This document shows positions 1 to 12,449 of a DNA stretch of 64,000 nucleotides, in pieces (positions within the stretch are counted from its first letter, which is position 1; every line of letters starts with the position of its first letter). The stretch comes from Heptranchias perlo (taxonomy: Eukaryota), in the NCBI RefSeq assembly GCF_035084215.1, contig NW_027139581.1, positions 4,278,001 through 4,342,000 of the forward strand, read 5' to 3'. Both the position numbers and the translations under genes were made by a program. The notes under the pieces are model-generated. The model worked only from the letters and a program-made list of their open reading frames with translations, did not search any database and was not told where the DNA came from.

Positions 1-482
1 GGACATTTTATTTGGTGAATTCCATAAAAGTCCATGGGACAGATAGACCGGGAGCCTTTAAAAGGCTGAAACCACTTATAATTGAACGCCTTCCTCCCCG
101 GCTGCAGGTTGGTCCGAGGACTTTACCCCCAGTTTTCCCTGGGGTTGCTGGGTACTCAGAGGCCTGTCCCCTGGGGCCTCTAAAATGACACAGCGACCTT
201 CCCCGCCCCGCCCGCCTTGTGTAAACACATGAAACAAGAGTCTGGCGGACGGGAGCTTCATCCACCCGCCCCAGGCCGCACCAGAGGACTTAGCGGGGCT
301 AAAAACCAGCAGGAATCAAGCGGGACTGATCTCCGCGGACTTCCCCACCTCTACCGTCCCTGTTAGTCACTAAATCAGGGCGGTGAAAGATGTAAACCGG
401 CCTCACTGTGTTTGTATCACAGAGATGAGGGGATTGGGCAGAACACCAGACCAACACCTTGTGATGATGGAAAGTCTTCTCA

Positions 483-1381
483 TTATTTAATGAATTTAAC
501 AATTCCAGTAAAGGGATATTTCACCACATTCTTCAACTCCTCTCTGAATTTAGTCTGGGTCACGGCATAAATACACGTGTTGGTGCAGCAACTCAGGAGC
601 TGGAGCATAAATCCCAGTTCTTGTACAAATTTAGGGAGATACACAGGAATAAAGTCTAACCCATATGATCGGTACCATACAAAATACAACAGAAACACCG
701 CCCATAACAGGATAAAATTCCCCGATATAACAAATAGTAAAACGATGGATTTCCTTCTCTTCTCCATCTCTGGGTCACTGGGACTCTCCCCACTGCTGTG
801 GGCCCGGAGTCTCCTGCGGACTCGGCTCGACAATAAAATGTGTCTGACGGTTAAAGCATTGAGCAGCAGAATCAGAACAAATGGAACAAATGGGGTTAAA
901 ATATAATGAAGGAATTCAATTATTACCCAAAAGTGTACATCAATAACATTACCTGACATATAACAAAACCAGGGAGAATTACTAATCCAATATTCACCTC
1001 CACACATGAAGTACCAGAAAGTGTTCTTCACACAGAACAGCACACTCACTGTTCCCAGAACCACAGCCGCCGTTTTCTCAGTGCAAAATTTTGTTTTCAG
1101 CTTCTGGCAACAAATGGCCACAAATCGATCAAAGGTGAAAGTGATTGTGAACCAGACAGAACAGTCTGTGGCTGCGTAAAGCAGGACGGCGTGGATATTA
1201 CACACTCTGGAGCGCAACAAGAACCGAAACTGAGCCGAATAAAGAATAGGAATCTGCCTGAATATCAGATCAGTGATAACGACCAGTAGATCCGCCGCTG
1301 CCATGGACACCAGGTAACGGGTGACACATTTGGAGAGACCGCACCTTCCTCGAGACAGGATCACAATCGTCACTAAGTTCA
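483..1381 (-). CDS. GPR139/GPR142-like class A GPCR, copy 1, exon 2 (TM1 end to C-terminus)
   Basis: Seven-TM hydrophobic pattern with MAAADL (TM2), VCNIH (TM3 Cys), FDRF (DRY variant), ECL2 WFC, TPFVP (TM5) and NTCIY (NPxxY variant). Acceptor ttcccttccttacAG lies at 1383-1382. A phase-1 join with exon 1 gives GVP-V-NLVTIV and a 331-aa open product. Confidence 0.9.
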
Positions 1382-1584
1382 CTGTAAGGAAGGGAAAACA
1401 GGGAATTATACTTCAGACTGGGAGTAAAAGCAGCAGTTCGGTCGAATTCAGGGTGAAATGTTCAGTTATTATTGAATCCAGGGAAATAATCTAATTCCCT
1501 TACCTATGAGAGAACTTTCTGCTGTGGAGAGGGTTTATTTGTAAAGCACCGCCCTGGTGTAGCAGGAAACAAATCGCACTATAT

Positions 1585-2910
1585 GAATTAAGAGCAGGAA
1601 TGGACCATTCGGCCCCTCGAGCCTGCTCTGTCATTTAATAAGATCATGGCTGATCTGATTGTGACATCAACCATACTTTCCCGTCTACCTACTATAACAT
1701 TTGACTCCCTTGATAATCAGGAATCCATCTAACTCAGCCTTAAAAATATTCAATGAGCCTGCCTCCACCGCTCTGTGGGGAAGGGAGTTCTCCAGACTCA
1801 CCACCCCCCGAGAGAAAAAAAAATGTCATCTCCTTCTTAAATGGGAGACCCCTTGTTTTTAAACTGTGGACCCTGGTTCTAGTCTCTCCCACAAATGGAA
1901 ACATCCCCACAGCATCTACCCCTTCTAGTCCCCTCAGGATCTTATATATATTTCAATAAGGTCACCCCTCATTCTTTTAAACTCCAATGCATACATGCCC
2001 AACTTGTCCAGCCTTTCCTCATAAGATAACCCCCTCATCCCAGTAATCAATCTGAACCGCCTCCAAAGCAATTATGTCCTTTCTTAAATAAGGAGACCAA
2101 AACTGCACACAATATTCTAGATGTGGTCTCACCAATACTCTGTACAACTGTAGCAAAACATTTCCACTTTTATATTCCATTCCCCTTGAAATAAATGACA
2201 ACATTCCATTTGCCTTCCTAACCACTTGCTGTACCTGCAAACTAACTTTCTGTGATTCATGTACTAGGACACACAGATCCCTCTGTACCACAGAGTTCTG
2301 CAATTTTTCTCCCTTTAAATAATATACTGCTTTTCTATTCCTCCTGCCAAAGTGGACAAGTTCACATTTTCCCACATTATGCTCCATCTGCCAATTGTTT
2401 TGTCCACTCACTTAACCTATCTAGATCCCTTTGCAGACTCTTTAAATTCTCTTCACAACTTACTTTCCTACCTACCTTTGTGTCATCAGCAAATTTAGCA
2501 ACCATACATTCGGTCCCTTCATCCAAGTCATTGATATAGATTGTAAATAGTTGAGATCCAAGCACTGATCCCTGTGGCACTCCACTCGTTACATCTTGCC
2601 AAACAGAAAATGACCCAATTATGCCTCCTCTCTGTTTCCTGATAGATAACCATTCCTTTATCTATGCTGATATGTTAACACCTACACCACGAGCTCTTAT
2701 TTTGTGTAGTAGCCTTTGATGTGGCACCTTGTCAAAAGCCTTGTGGAAATCAAAGGACACCACATCCACAGGGTCTCCTTTATCCACGTTGCTTGTTACT
2801 TCCTCAAGAACTCCAATAAATTAGTCAAACACGATTTCCCTTCCACCAAACCGAGCTGACTCTGCCTGATTTCATTTAGATTTCCTAAGTGCACCGCTGT
2901 AACCACCAGT
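1585..2910 (-). mobile_element. CR1 LINE 3' fragment (RT and tail), decayed
   Basis: Translated fragments include PQGSVLG, KFADDTK and LVRPHLEYCVQFWSP, followed by a CR1-type 3' hairpin tail. Confidence 0.9.
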
Positions 2911-3134
2911 AGGCCCCAACTCCAAACCAGGGCCTGCACTGGGTCGGCAGTTGGAAGCTACAATGGCCTCAATGTGCTTGGGTTTGGAGGGAAATAACCC
3001 AGGATTCCGAGTCCTGATCACTGTCCTGTGACCCTGCTGTAAACTGCGCATGTCTGGACTTTAGATCAACATTTTGGACTGGCTTGTGATTCACTCCGAG
3101 GGGAAATTGTTCCATTTTTAAAATGGTCAACTGA

Positions 3135-4060
3135 AAACTGAAATGTCTTATCACGCCTTTCACGACCTCAAAACGTCCCAAAGCGCTTCACAGCCAAAGG
3201 GTTAGTTTTGAAGAGTGATTCAGTGAATAATTCATTTCACTGCAATTTTCAACATACAGCTATTTAAACAAACATCCCAAGGCACTTCACAGAGGTGTGA
3301 GGAAAATGGACGTCAAGCCAAAGAATGAGAGATTGGGAGCAGTGAGCGAAAGCTTTGGTGTGAAGGAGGGTCTTAAAGTGGAAGAGGGAGGTGGAGAGGA
3401 AGAAAGAATTAAGGAGAAAGTTTCAGAGTGTGAGATGTCCGCGGCTCAATTCACGGCCACCACTGGTGCAGGAAAGGGAGAGGAAGATGGACAAGAGACT
3501 GGAGACATGGCCGTCACTGGTGGAGTGAAGGGAGAGGAGGGTGGACAAGAGACTGGAGCCATGGCCGTCACTGGTGGAGTGAAGGGAGAGGAGGGTGGAC
3601 AAGAGACTGGAGACACGGCCGTCACTGATGGAGTGAAGGGAGAGGAGGGTGGACAAGAGACTGGAGACACGGCCGTCACTGATGGAGAGGAGGGAGAGGA
3701 GGGTGGACAAGAGACTGGAGATACGGCCGTCACTGATGGAGTGAAGGGAGAGGAGGGTGGACAAGAGACTGGAGACACGGCCGTCACTGATGGAGAGGAG
3801 GGTGGACCAGAGCCTGGAGTCACAGGAATGGAGAGTTTGGTTGATGGGTGGGCCGGAGTTCGTGCGGGATGGGATACAGGCAGCATAATTTTCGATGAAC
3901 TAAAGTTCACAGAAGATGGAGGATGGGAGGCCAGCCGGGGGAGTATTTTTATAATCGAGTCTAGAGGTGATAAATATTTGAATGAGGGTTTCATGTGTTG
4001 ATGTTGTGGAGGTGGCAGGTGATGTCACAGCGGTGGAGGTCGGCGGTCTTTGTGATGAGG
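3135..4060 (-). mobile_element. L2-type LINE/SINE 3' fragment containing a 54-bp VNTR
   Basis: Reverse-complement similarity to the L2 3' fragment at 56400-57075 and to 5045-5400. Confidence 0.6.
3470..3810. repeat. 54-bp tandem repeat, ~6 copies
   Basis: Unit gagactggagacacggccgtcactgatggagtgaagggagaggagggtggacaa. The gtggac motif recurs at 3541 and 3595. Confidence 0.9.
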
Positions 4061-4589
4061 AATAAAGGCGATGGGAAACTAGCGGTTATTGCAGGCTGGG
4101 GTCCGTTTTACAAATCCAATCACGGCAAATTGTGACATTTAATCGAACAAATCTGGTAAATTTATCAGAAAAATAGTCATGAAGAACTGCTGGGCGGTCT
4201 GTAAAACCCCGCTGCCTCCCACTCTACCAGCCGGACCCACATGTAACTCCATTCCCAATCCAGTTGTTGTATTTTAATGCCCAATGATGTTATCCAGCAA
4301 GGCAGCCGATTGTAAACAATCGCTACAAATTTCAGTGATAACAATCAATTCAGATGGATCTGCCATCAGCGACCTCGGGATCGTAAGACTATATCAATCT
4401 CAGCCCGTTCGGCCCTTCAAAGTTCTCTTCAATAACATCTGGGGGATAGTTCCCCAGTTCGAGATTTGTCCCAAATACGAATTAAGCACCAGCCTGACGT
4501 AATCGTGCTCACAGAGTCATGTCTATTAGTTAACATTGCAGATTCCTCCATCTCCACCCTGTCCCACCAGAACTGTGAAGATGTCCTTC

Positions 4590-5030
4590 CCAGGAAAGGC
4601 TGAACAGGCTGGGACTCTTTTCTCGAAAAATGGGAAGGATGAGGGGGTGACATGATTGAGATCTTTAAAATTATGAAGGGTTTGATAGGCTAGATGTTGA
4701 GAGGAAATTTCCATTTCAGGGACGTGGGGGGACTAAACTAGGGGTCATCAATATAAGATCGTCACCAATCAATCCAATGAGCAATTCAGGAGAAACTTCT
4801 TTACCCAGAGAGTGATTCGAATGTTGAACTCGCTACCACAAGGAACAGGTGAGGCGAATAGAATAGATACATTTAAGGGGATGCTCGCTCAGTACATGAT
4901 GGAGAAAGGAATTGAAGGATATTCTGATCGGGTGAGATGAAGTAGAATGGGAGGTGGCTCGTGTGGTGCAGAAACACCGTCATGGACCAGTTGGGCCGAA
5001 TAGCCTGTAAATTCTATGTAATTCTATGCA
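4590..5030 (+). mobile_element. CR1 LINE 3' end
   Basis: RLNRLGLFS- and RNFFTQRV-like coding remnants with an (attctatg)-like tail. A paralogous copy lies at ~33850-34230. Confidence 0.8.
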
Positions 5031-5044
5031 ACACGATTATAAAA

Positions 5045-6610
5045 TTTTTATGTCGAGGCGTTGCTCGACAGGGGGCCAATTTCGGTCAGCAAGCACAAGT
5101 GTGATGGGTGAACGGGACTTGGTGCGAGTTAGGTTATGGGCAGCAGAGTTTTGAATGAGCTCAAGTTGATGGAGGGTGGTGGGTGGGAGGCCGGCCAGGA
5201 GAGCATTGGAATAATCGAATCTGCAGGTAAAAAAACCATGGATCAGGATTTCAATAGAAGATGGGCTGAGGCAGGGACAGGGACGGGCGATGTTCGGGAG
5301 GTGGAAGCAGGCGATCTTGGTGATGGAGAGGATATGGGGTCAGAAGCTCAGCTCAGGGTCAAATAGAACGCCTACTGGTCCGGTTCAGCCTCAGACTGTG
5401 ACCAGGGAGGGGGATGGAATCAGTCGCGAGGGAACGGAATTTGTGATAGGGGCCGAAGACAATGGCTTCAGTCTTTCTAATGTTTAAATGGACTAAATTT
5501 CTGCTCATCCAGGACTGGATTTCGGACAAACTGTGACAAATCAGAGAGAGTGAAGGGGTCGAGAGAGGCGGTGGTGAGGGACAGCTGGGTGTCAGTTACA
5601 TGTGGAATCTGACATTGTGTTTTCGATGATGTCGCTGAAGGAAACTTGCACATGTGAAATAGGAGGAGGTGAAGGATTGTTCCTTGTGGGACACCAGAGA
5701 TAACGGTGCGGGGGCGGGAAGATAAGGCATTGCAGAAAATTATCTGGCTAAGCCTGGATTGAGAGGAATGGAACTAGGCGAGGGCAGTCCCACCCAGTTG
5801 CACAACGGACGAGAGGCGTGGGAGGAGGATGGTGTGGTCACCCATATCAAAGGCGACAGATCGGTTGAGAAGGATGAGGAGGGATAGTTTACCACAGAGT
5901 CAGTCACATGGGATGTCATTTGTGACTTTGATTAGAGCCGTTTCAGCGCTGTGGCAGGTGCGGAAACCTGCTTGGAGAGGTTCCTAATGCAATTGCAGCA
6001 AAGATGGGCACCAATTTGGGAGGCGACAACACGTTCAGCGTGGGAGCCAGGAAGGGAAGTTAGGTGGCCAGCAGTTTAGTGAGAAAGGGGTCGAGGGAGC
6101 AGGAGGTGGGGTTCCTGGTAAAGATGAGCTCGGAGTGGGTATGAGGGGAGAATGAAGAGACACTGGAGAAAGATGCATGTTCAAGGCTAGGTCCGGGGGA
6201 GGGGACCTTGGGGAACTTTGGCTCCATGGACTCGGGCAAGGGAGAAAAGCGGTAAATGCAGCTGAACGAATAGTCTCAATCGTCGTGACAAAGAAATCCA
6301 TGAGCTCCTCGCACTTTTTGGAAGAAAGAGTGGAGGGGGCAGGGGAGAGGGGTTTAAGATTGTTTGTTGTGGAGAAGAGAAGCCGCGGTCATCTTTGCAT
6401 TCCAGGGTAATCCTGGAATAGTGAGGTGTTTTCACAGAGGAGAGCAGGTCCCGATAGTGCTTGATGAGGTCCAGCGAGATCTGGCGATGAATGGCGAATC
6501 CAAATGTGCGCCATAAGTGTTCAAACCTGGGTCCCTTGGACTTAAGGGAGCAGCGATGGGAATCGTGTCAAGGGGAATGAACAGGGTGAGAGAGAGTAAG
6601 GGGTTTACTG
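5045..6610 (-). mobile_element. L2 LINE fragment (RT region), decayed
   Basis: Remnants of DLS-AFD, VPQG and MDFF-TIETIRS motifs. A paralogous copy lies at 34240-35320. Confidence 0.75.
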
Positions 6611-7523
6611 GGGAGAAGGGATCAAAAGTGGAGGTGAGGGTGAGATTGAGCAGATCAGTATCTGCAGAAGTATCGTGACCAATGGAGGGTCAAAGGAGAG
6701 ACAATTGGGAATTTCAAAGTGATTTGAAGACATAGGATTGAATCCAGAAGAATGGAAATAAATCAATTCAAACATAACTGAATAAACAACAACAATTTGC
6801 ATTTATATAACGCCTTCAACATATTAAAATGTCCCAGTGCGCATCAACAGTCGATGTTAGATCGTCCATGTGGACCTCACTGAGATCTCCTGTAATGTGC
6901 CCACAGGAAAGGGTCTAAATCAAAACAATGGAAATAAATCAACTCAAACATAACTGAAAAAACAATTTACTGGAACATATACTGTCGTTTAAAGCCTGTC
7001 CTGACCATTTAGCACCAGTGACAAGAAGGCAGAGCGGGAGACGATTGAAAGTAAGACAGCTCCTCGAGCGAATCATTATTGGATATTGTCCAATATTTCA
7101 GAGTGTATTTGTGATCTGACTGTCAGCGCTGGTTTCCACAGATCAGTGTCATTAACTATAACCAGCAGACGTTAAAACTCTTGTGAGCGCATATTTCTGA
7201 TCCGATACTAGGGTACTGTGCAGACAACAGACGGCAAACTGTTCAATAAAGAGAATCGTCCACCAACATTCCTTGTGTACGAGACTCAAATAACAGTCAA
7301 ATCCTAAAAAAATACTATCAGTTGAAGAAAGTCATGAAAATGACATCGTGTTCATTGAACTAAAACTGGTGAATCGGCAACTGTTCACATGTTACATGAA
7401 GGGAACAAGTTGCATTACCAGACACTGAACAAGAGGATTACACCGAATACAATTAATAAGGAAAAGGACAGTAAATACAGTTAAAAATGGTTCACAGAAT
7501 TAATTGCTGAAATAATGACTTAC

Positions 7524-7620
7524 CAGGAACACCAACAGTAGCGAGGAGCGGGTAATAAATCTTTTGTACATCATAAAGTGCCCACAGAATCCGAAGCTCA
7601 GTTGGAATATACCAGAACAT
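7524..7620 (-). CDS. GPR139-like GPCR copy 1, exon 1 (MFWYIPTELRILWALYDVQKIYYPLLATVGVP)
   Basis: ATG at 7620, 97 nt long, ending CCTG|GTAAGT (canonical donor). The phase matches exon 2 and a near-identical exon is present in copy 2. It is too short for the ORF track. Confidence 0.88.
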
Positions 7621-7647
7621 AATTTCATTATCTCTGAGATCCAAGGG

Positions 7648-7720
7648 TTACTGTTTGACCTGGAGGCAATGCTGCATCAAACAATCTGATGAGACACATT
7701 GAAAACAGTCTCTATTTATA
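7648..7720 (-). promoter_or_regulatory. TATA box (TATAAATA, 7720-7713) and 9-codon uORF (7677-7648) of GPCR copy 1
   Basis: The TATA box is ~100 nt upstream of the ATG. ATG CAG CAT TGC CTC CAG GTC AAA CAG TAA is in frame with the main ORF. Both are conserved in copy 2. Confidence 0.6.
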
Positions 7721-8094
7721 GCCTGAGGGAACTCTCCAGCGAGACAATTGAACGACACATTGACATTAATAACAGTCGATGAAGAAACAGGTTAGGTTAA
7801 TCCCTTAACTCCATCACTCTCTTGACAATTAAAGGAAAACAAGTATTTTACTGACATAAAGTGAAGTTACCAAAAATTCGGAATATTACTTTAAAAAAAA
7901 TAGTGCAGAAAGAAAATACGAATCCCGCAATCTTACAGTACTGATGTGAAGAGAGAGCAGCTTCACCGACAGAGTTCAGATTATTTCTGTGATACGAATT
8001 AAACCTGCAATATTATAATCTTTCCAATCAGTTTTCAGGGGTGGATTTAACAAAGGTGCAAAAGACAACGAGGATGGAAAGAATCAGGTCAAGT

Positions 8095-10050
8095 AATGAT
8101 CATTATGGATACATGGAGGCTGATAATACAATGGTCACGATGGATACATGGAGGCTGATAATGCAATGGTCACTATGGATACATGGGGGCTGATAATGCA
8201 ATGGTCACTATGGATACATGGGGGCTGATAATGCAATGGTCACTATGGATACATGGAGGCTGATAATGCAATGGTCACGATGGATACATGGGGGCTGATA
8301 ATGCAATGGTCAATATGGATACATGGGGGCTGATAATGCAATGGTCACGATGGATACATGGGGGCTGACAATTCAATGGTCAGTAAGGATACATGGGGGC
8401 TGATAATTCAATGGTCAGTAAGGATACACGGGGGCTGATAATAGAATGAGCAGTAGGCATACATGGGGGCTGAAATACAATGGTCAGTGAGGATGCATGG
8501 GGGCTGATAATACAATGGGCAGTAGGCATACATGGGGGCTGATAATACAATGGGCAGTAGGCATACATGGGGGCTGAAATACAATGGTCAGTAAGGATAC
8601 ATGGGGGCTGATAATTCAATGGTCAGTAAGAGTACATTGGGGCAGATAATACAATGAGCAGTAGGCATACATGGGGGCTGATAATACAATGGTCAGTAAG
8701 GATACATGGGGACTGATAATACAATGGTCAGTAAGGATACAATGGGTCTGATATTTCAATGGTCAGTAAGGATACATGGGGACTGATAATACAATGGTTA
8801 GTAAGGATACAGAGGTTGGGGGTGGGGAGCTGATATTACAACGGCCATTAAGGAAACATTGGGCTGATAATACAATCGTCAAAAAGGTAAAATGAGGCTG
8901 AAATTAGAAAGGTTTGTAAGGATACATGGGGCTGATAGTACAATGGTCAGCAAGGGTAAATGGGGCTGATAGTACAATTGTCAGTGAAGATACATGGGGC
9001 TGATAATACAATGGTTACTCGGGATACATGGGCGTCGTGAACAATGGTCATTAATTATAGTTGGGGCTGATAATTCAATGGTCAGTAAGGATACATGGAG
9101 TGGATAATACAATGGTCATTAAGGATATATTTGGCTGATAATACAATGGACAGTAAGGATAAATCGGGGCGGATGACACAGTGATCAGTAAGGATACTGG
9201 GGACTGATAATACAATGGTCAGTAAGCAGACGTGGGGGCTAATAATACAATGGTCAGTAAGGATACATGTGGCTGATAATGCAGTGGTCAGGAAGGATAT
9301 ATGGGGCTGATAATACGTTGGTCAGTAAGGATACATGGGGGCTGATAAGGATACATGGGGCTGATAATACAGTGGTCAGTAAGGATACATGGGGCTAATA
9401 ATAGAGTGGTCAGTAAAGATACGTTGGGACTGATAATACAATGGTCAGTAAGGATCGATGGGGCTAATAATACAGTGGTCAGTACGGAAACATTGTGACG
9501 GATAATACAATGGTCAGTAAGGATACATGGACGCTGATAATACAATGGTCAGTAAGGATACATGGACGCTGATAATACAATGGTCAGTAAGGATACATGG
9601 GGGCTGATAATACAATGGTCAGCAAGGATACATGGGGGCTGACAATGCAGTGGTCAGTAAGGATACATTGGGAATGATAATACAATGGTCAGGAAGGATT
9701 CCTGGTGTCTGATAATACAGTGCTCGGTAAGGATCCATTTGGCTGATGAAACAATGGTCAGTAAGGATGCATTGGAATGTTCATACAATGATCAGTAAGT
9801 ATATGTGGTGCTGATAACAGAATGGTCAGTCAAGATACATGGGGTTGATAATATAATGGTCATTAAGGGTCCATGGGGCTGATAATACAATGGTCAGTAA
9901 TGATTGAAGGGACTGATAATACAATGGTCAGTAAGGTTACAGCAGACTAACTACATTGGTCAGTAAGGATTGAGGGGGCTGCTAACAGAATGGTCAGTAA
10001 GGATTGAGGGGCTGATAGTTCCCCAATTGTGAGCAAGCATACATGGGGCT
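8095..10050. repeat. 35-bp satellite array upstream of GPCR copy 1
   Basis: Consensus atggtcagtaaggatacatgggggctgataataca, with period 35 (tggatacatgg at 8106 and 8141). Confidence 0.95.
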
Positions 10051-10059
10051 ACTTAATTG

Positions 10060-12150
10060 GAGGAGGGATAACATCAGCGGGTGAAAAAGGAATCTTTCAC
10101 TGATAGATTGGATTCAAAAATTGTCAGACAATTCAGTAATGGAACAATGGGAGCCCTTCAAGGAGAACATGGTTTGGGCACAAAGTAGACATATTTCCAG
10201 ATGGAGGAAAGGAAGGACAGCCAAAGCTGGAGCTCCCTGGGTGACTGAAGATACAGAGATTAAAAGTTAACAGAAAATGCAGGCGTATGACAAATGTAAG
10301 TTTCATAATATAGTAGAGAACAAAGCTAAACACAGAAAGTACAGAGGAGATCTGAAAAAGGGAATAAGAAGTACAAAGGGAGAGTATGAGAACAGATTTG
10401 CGGCGAACATAAAAGGGAACACAAAAGCTTTTTATAAGCATATAAATAGTAAAAGGGTAGTGAAAGGAAGCCTGTCACCGATTTGGGACAAAAAAAAGTG
10501 AGATCTTCTTGTGGAGGCAGTCGGCATGGCTGATGTACTAAATGAATACTTTGCATCAATCTTCTCTAGAGAAGAGGATGCTGCCAATGTAGCAGTAAAG
10601 GAGGATGGAGAAGCGACATCAGATAGGACAAAAATAGACAAAGAGGAGGTACTTGAAAGGTTGGCAGCACTCAAAATAGAAATATCACCCGATCCTAACC
10701 TATTGCATCGTCTGTGACTGAGGAAAGTAAGGGTAGAAATTGCAGAGGCTCTGGCCACAATCTTCCAATCCTCCTTAGATACGGGGCAATGTCAGATTAT
10801 TGGAGGAATGCAAATGCCATACCCCTGTTCAATAAAAGGGAGATGGATAAACCCGGCAATTACAGGGCAATCAGCCTAACGTCAGTGGAGGGGAAACTTT
10901 TAGAGACAATAATCCACGACAAAATTAATTTGCACTTGGAAAAGTATGGGCTAATAAGTGAATGTCAGCACGGATTTGTCAACGGAAAATCGCGTTTGAC
11001 TAACTTGATTGAGTTCTTTGATGAAGTAATGGAGAGGATTGATAAGGGCAGCGGGGTTGATGTTGTGTACATGGACTTTCAAAAGGCATTTCATGAAGTA
11101 CCACATAATAGACTTGTTAGCAAAATTAAAGCGCATGGGATTAAAGGGACAGTGGCAGCGTGGAAACAATATTGGCTGAAGGGCAGAAAGCAGAGAGTAG
11201 TGGTGAACAGTTATTTTGCAGACTGGAGGGAAGGAAACAGCTGTGTTCCCCAGGGGTCGGTATTGGGACCATTGCTCTATTTGATATATATAAATGGCCT
11301 GGACCAAGGTATACATTGTACAATTCCAGAGTTTGCAGATGATACGTAACTCAGGAATGCAATAAACAATTTGAAGGATAGTAACAGACTTCAGGAGGAC
11401 ATAGACAGACTGGAAAAATGGGCAGACACATCGCAGATAAAATTTAATGCAGAGAATGCGAAGTGATACATTTTGTTAGGAAGAATGAGGAGAGGTAATA
11501 TCATCTAAATGGTACAATTTTAAAGGGGGTACAGGAACATGGAGGCCTGGGGGATTATGTAGACAAATCTTTGAAGATGGCAGGACAAGTTCAGAAGGCT
11601 GTTGAAAAAGCATTTGGGATCCTGGGCTTTATTAATAGAGGCATAGGGTACAAAAGCAAGGAAGTTAAGCTGAACCTTAAAAATCACTGGTTCGGCCTCA
11701 GCTGGACAACTGTGTTAAATTCTGTGCACCACACAGGACGAAGGAAGTGAAGGTCTTAGAGAGGGTGCAGAAGAGGTTTACTAAATAGGTACGAGGGATG
11801 AGAGACTTCAGTTACGTGGACAGACTGGAGAAGCTGTGATTGTTCTCCTTAGAGCCGAGAAGGTTAAGAGGAGATTTGATAGACGTGTTCAAAATCATGA
11901 TCAGTTTGATAGAGTAAATAAGGAGAAACTGTTTCCATTGGCAGATGGGTCGGTTACGAAAGGCACAGATTTAAAGTGATTCGCAAAAGTACCAGAGGCG
12001 ACATGAAGAAACATTGTTTTAATGCAGATATTTGTAATGATGTGGAATGCACGGCCTGAAAGGATGGTGAAAGCAGATTGAATAGTAACTCGCAAAAGGG
12101 AATTGGATAAATACTGGAAAAGAAAAAAAATCCAGTCTCGGGGGGCTGAA
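10060..12150 (+). mobile_element. CR1 LINE ORF2 fragment, decayed
   Basis: NYRAISLTS, QHGF, VYMDFQKAF, PQGSVLGP and EFADDT motifs. Confidence 0.9.
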
Positions 12151-12449
12151 TGGCCTCCTCATGTTCCGATGTTCCGAAGCTTACTCCACTTACCCATGAT
12201 GCCTGTAATAGCCATATTATCATTGTTTAATGCCTAAAACGCATATAGAACCACAATTATTTTCCAACAATGGTAACTTATTTTAAACCTGACGGACAGA
12301 TTAATCCCATTTTAAATGATCTTCCTCCACATTTACCAGGAATACAAGTGTCTGCCGCCTTCCACAAAGAGGCGCGAGGCATTGTCTGTGACTCCGTGCA
12401 GTAGCCTCGATGAGATGTTAAAATCAATGGGAAGCAAGTCTGAAACTGC

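Noticed and set aside
400-415. CACTGTG heptamer in the GPCR 3' UTR as a recombination signal sequence
   Set aside because: There is no nonamer at 12- or 23-bp spacing, and I noticed no complete RSS in the window.
3297-4001. 234-aa acidic ORF
   Set aside because: It is a 54-bp VNTR within an antisense L2 remnant in the GPCR intron.
8095-10050. Regular ~35-bp periodicity resembling a CRISPR array (also 36678-40635)
   Set aside because: The units are head-to-tail with no unique spacers, there are no cas genes, and the DNA is vertebrate.
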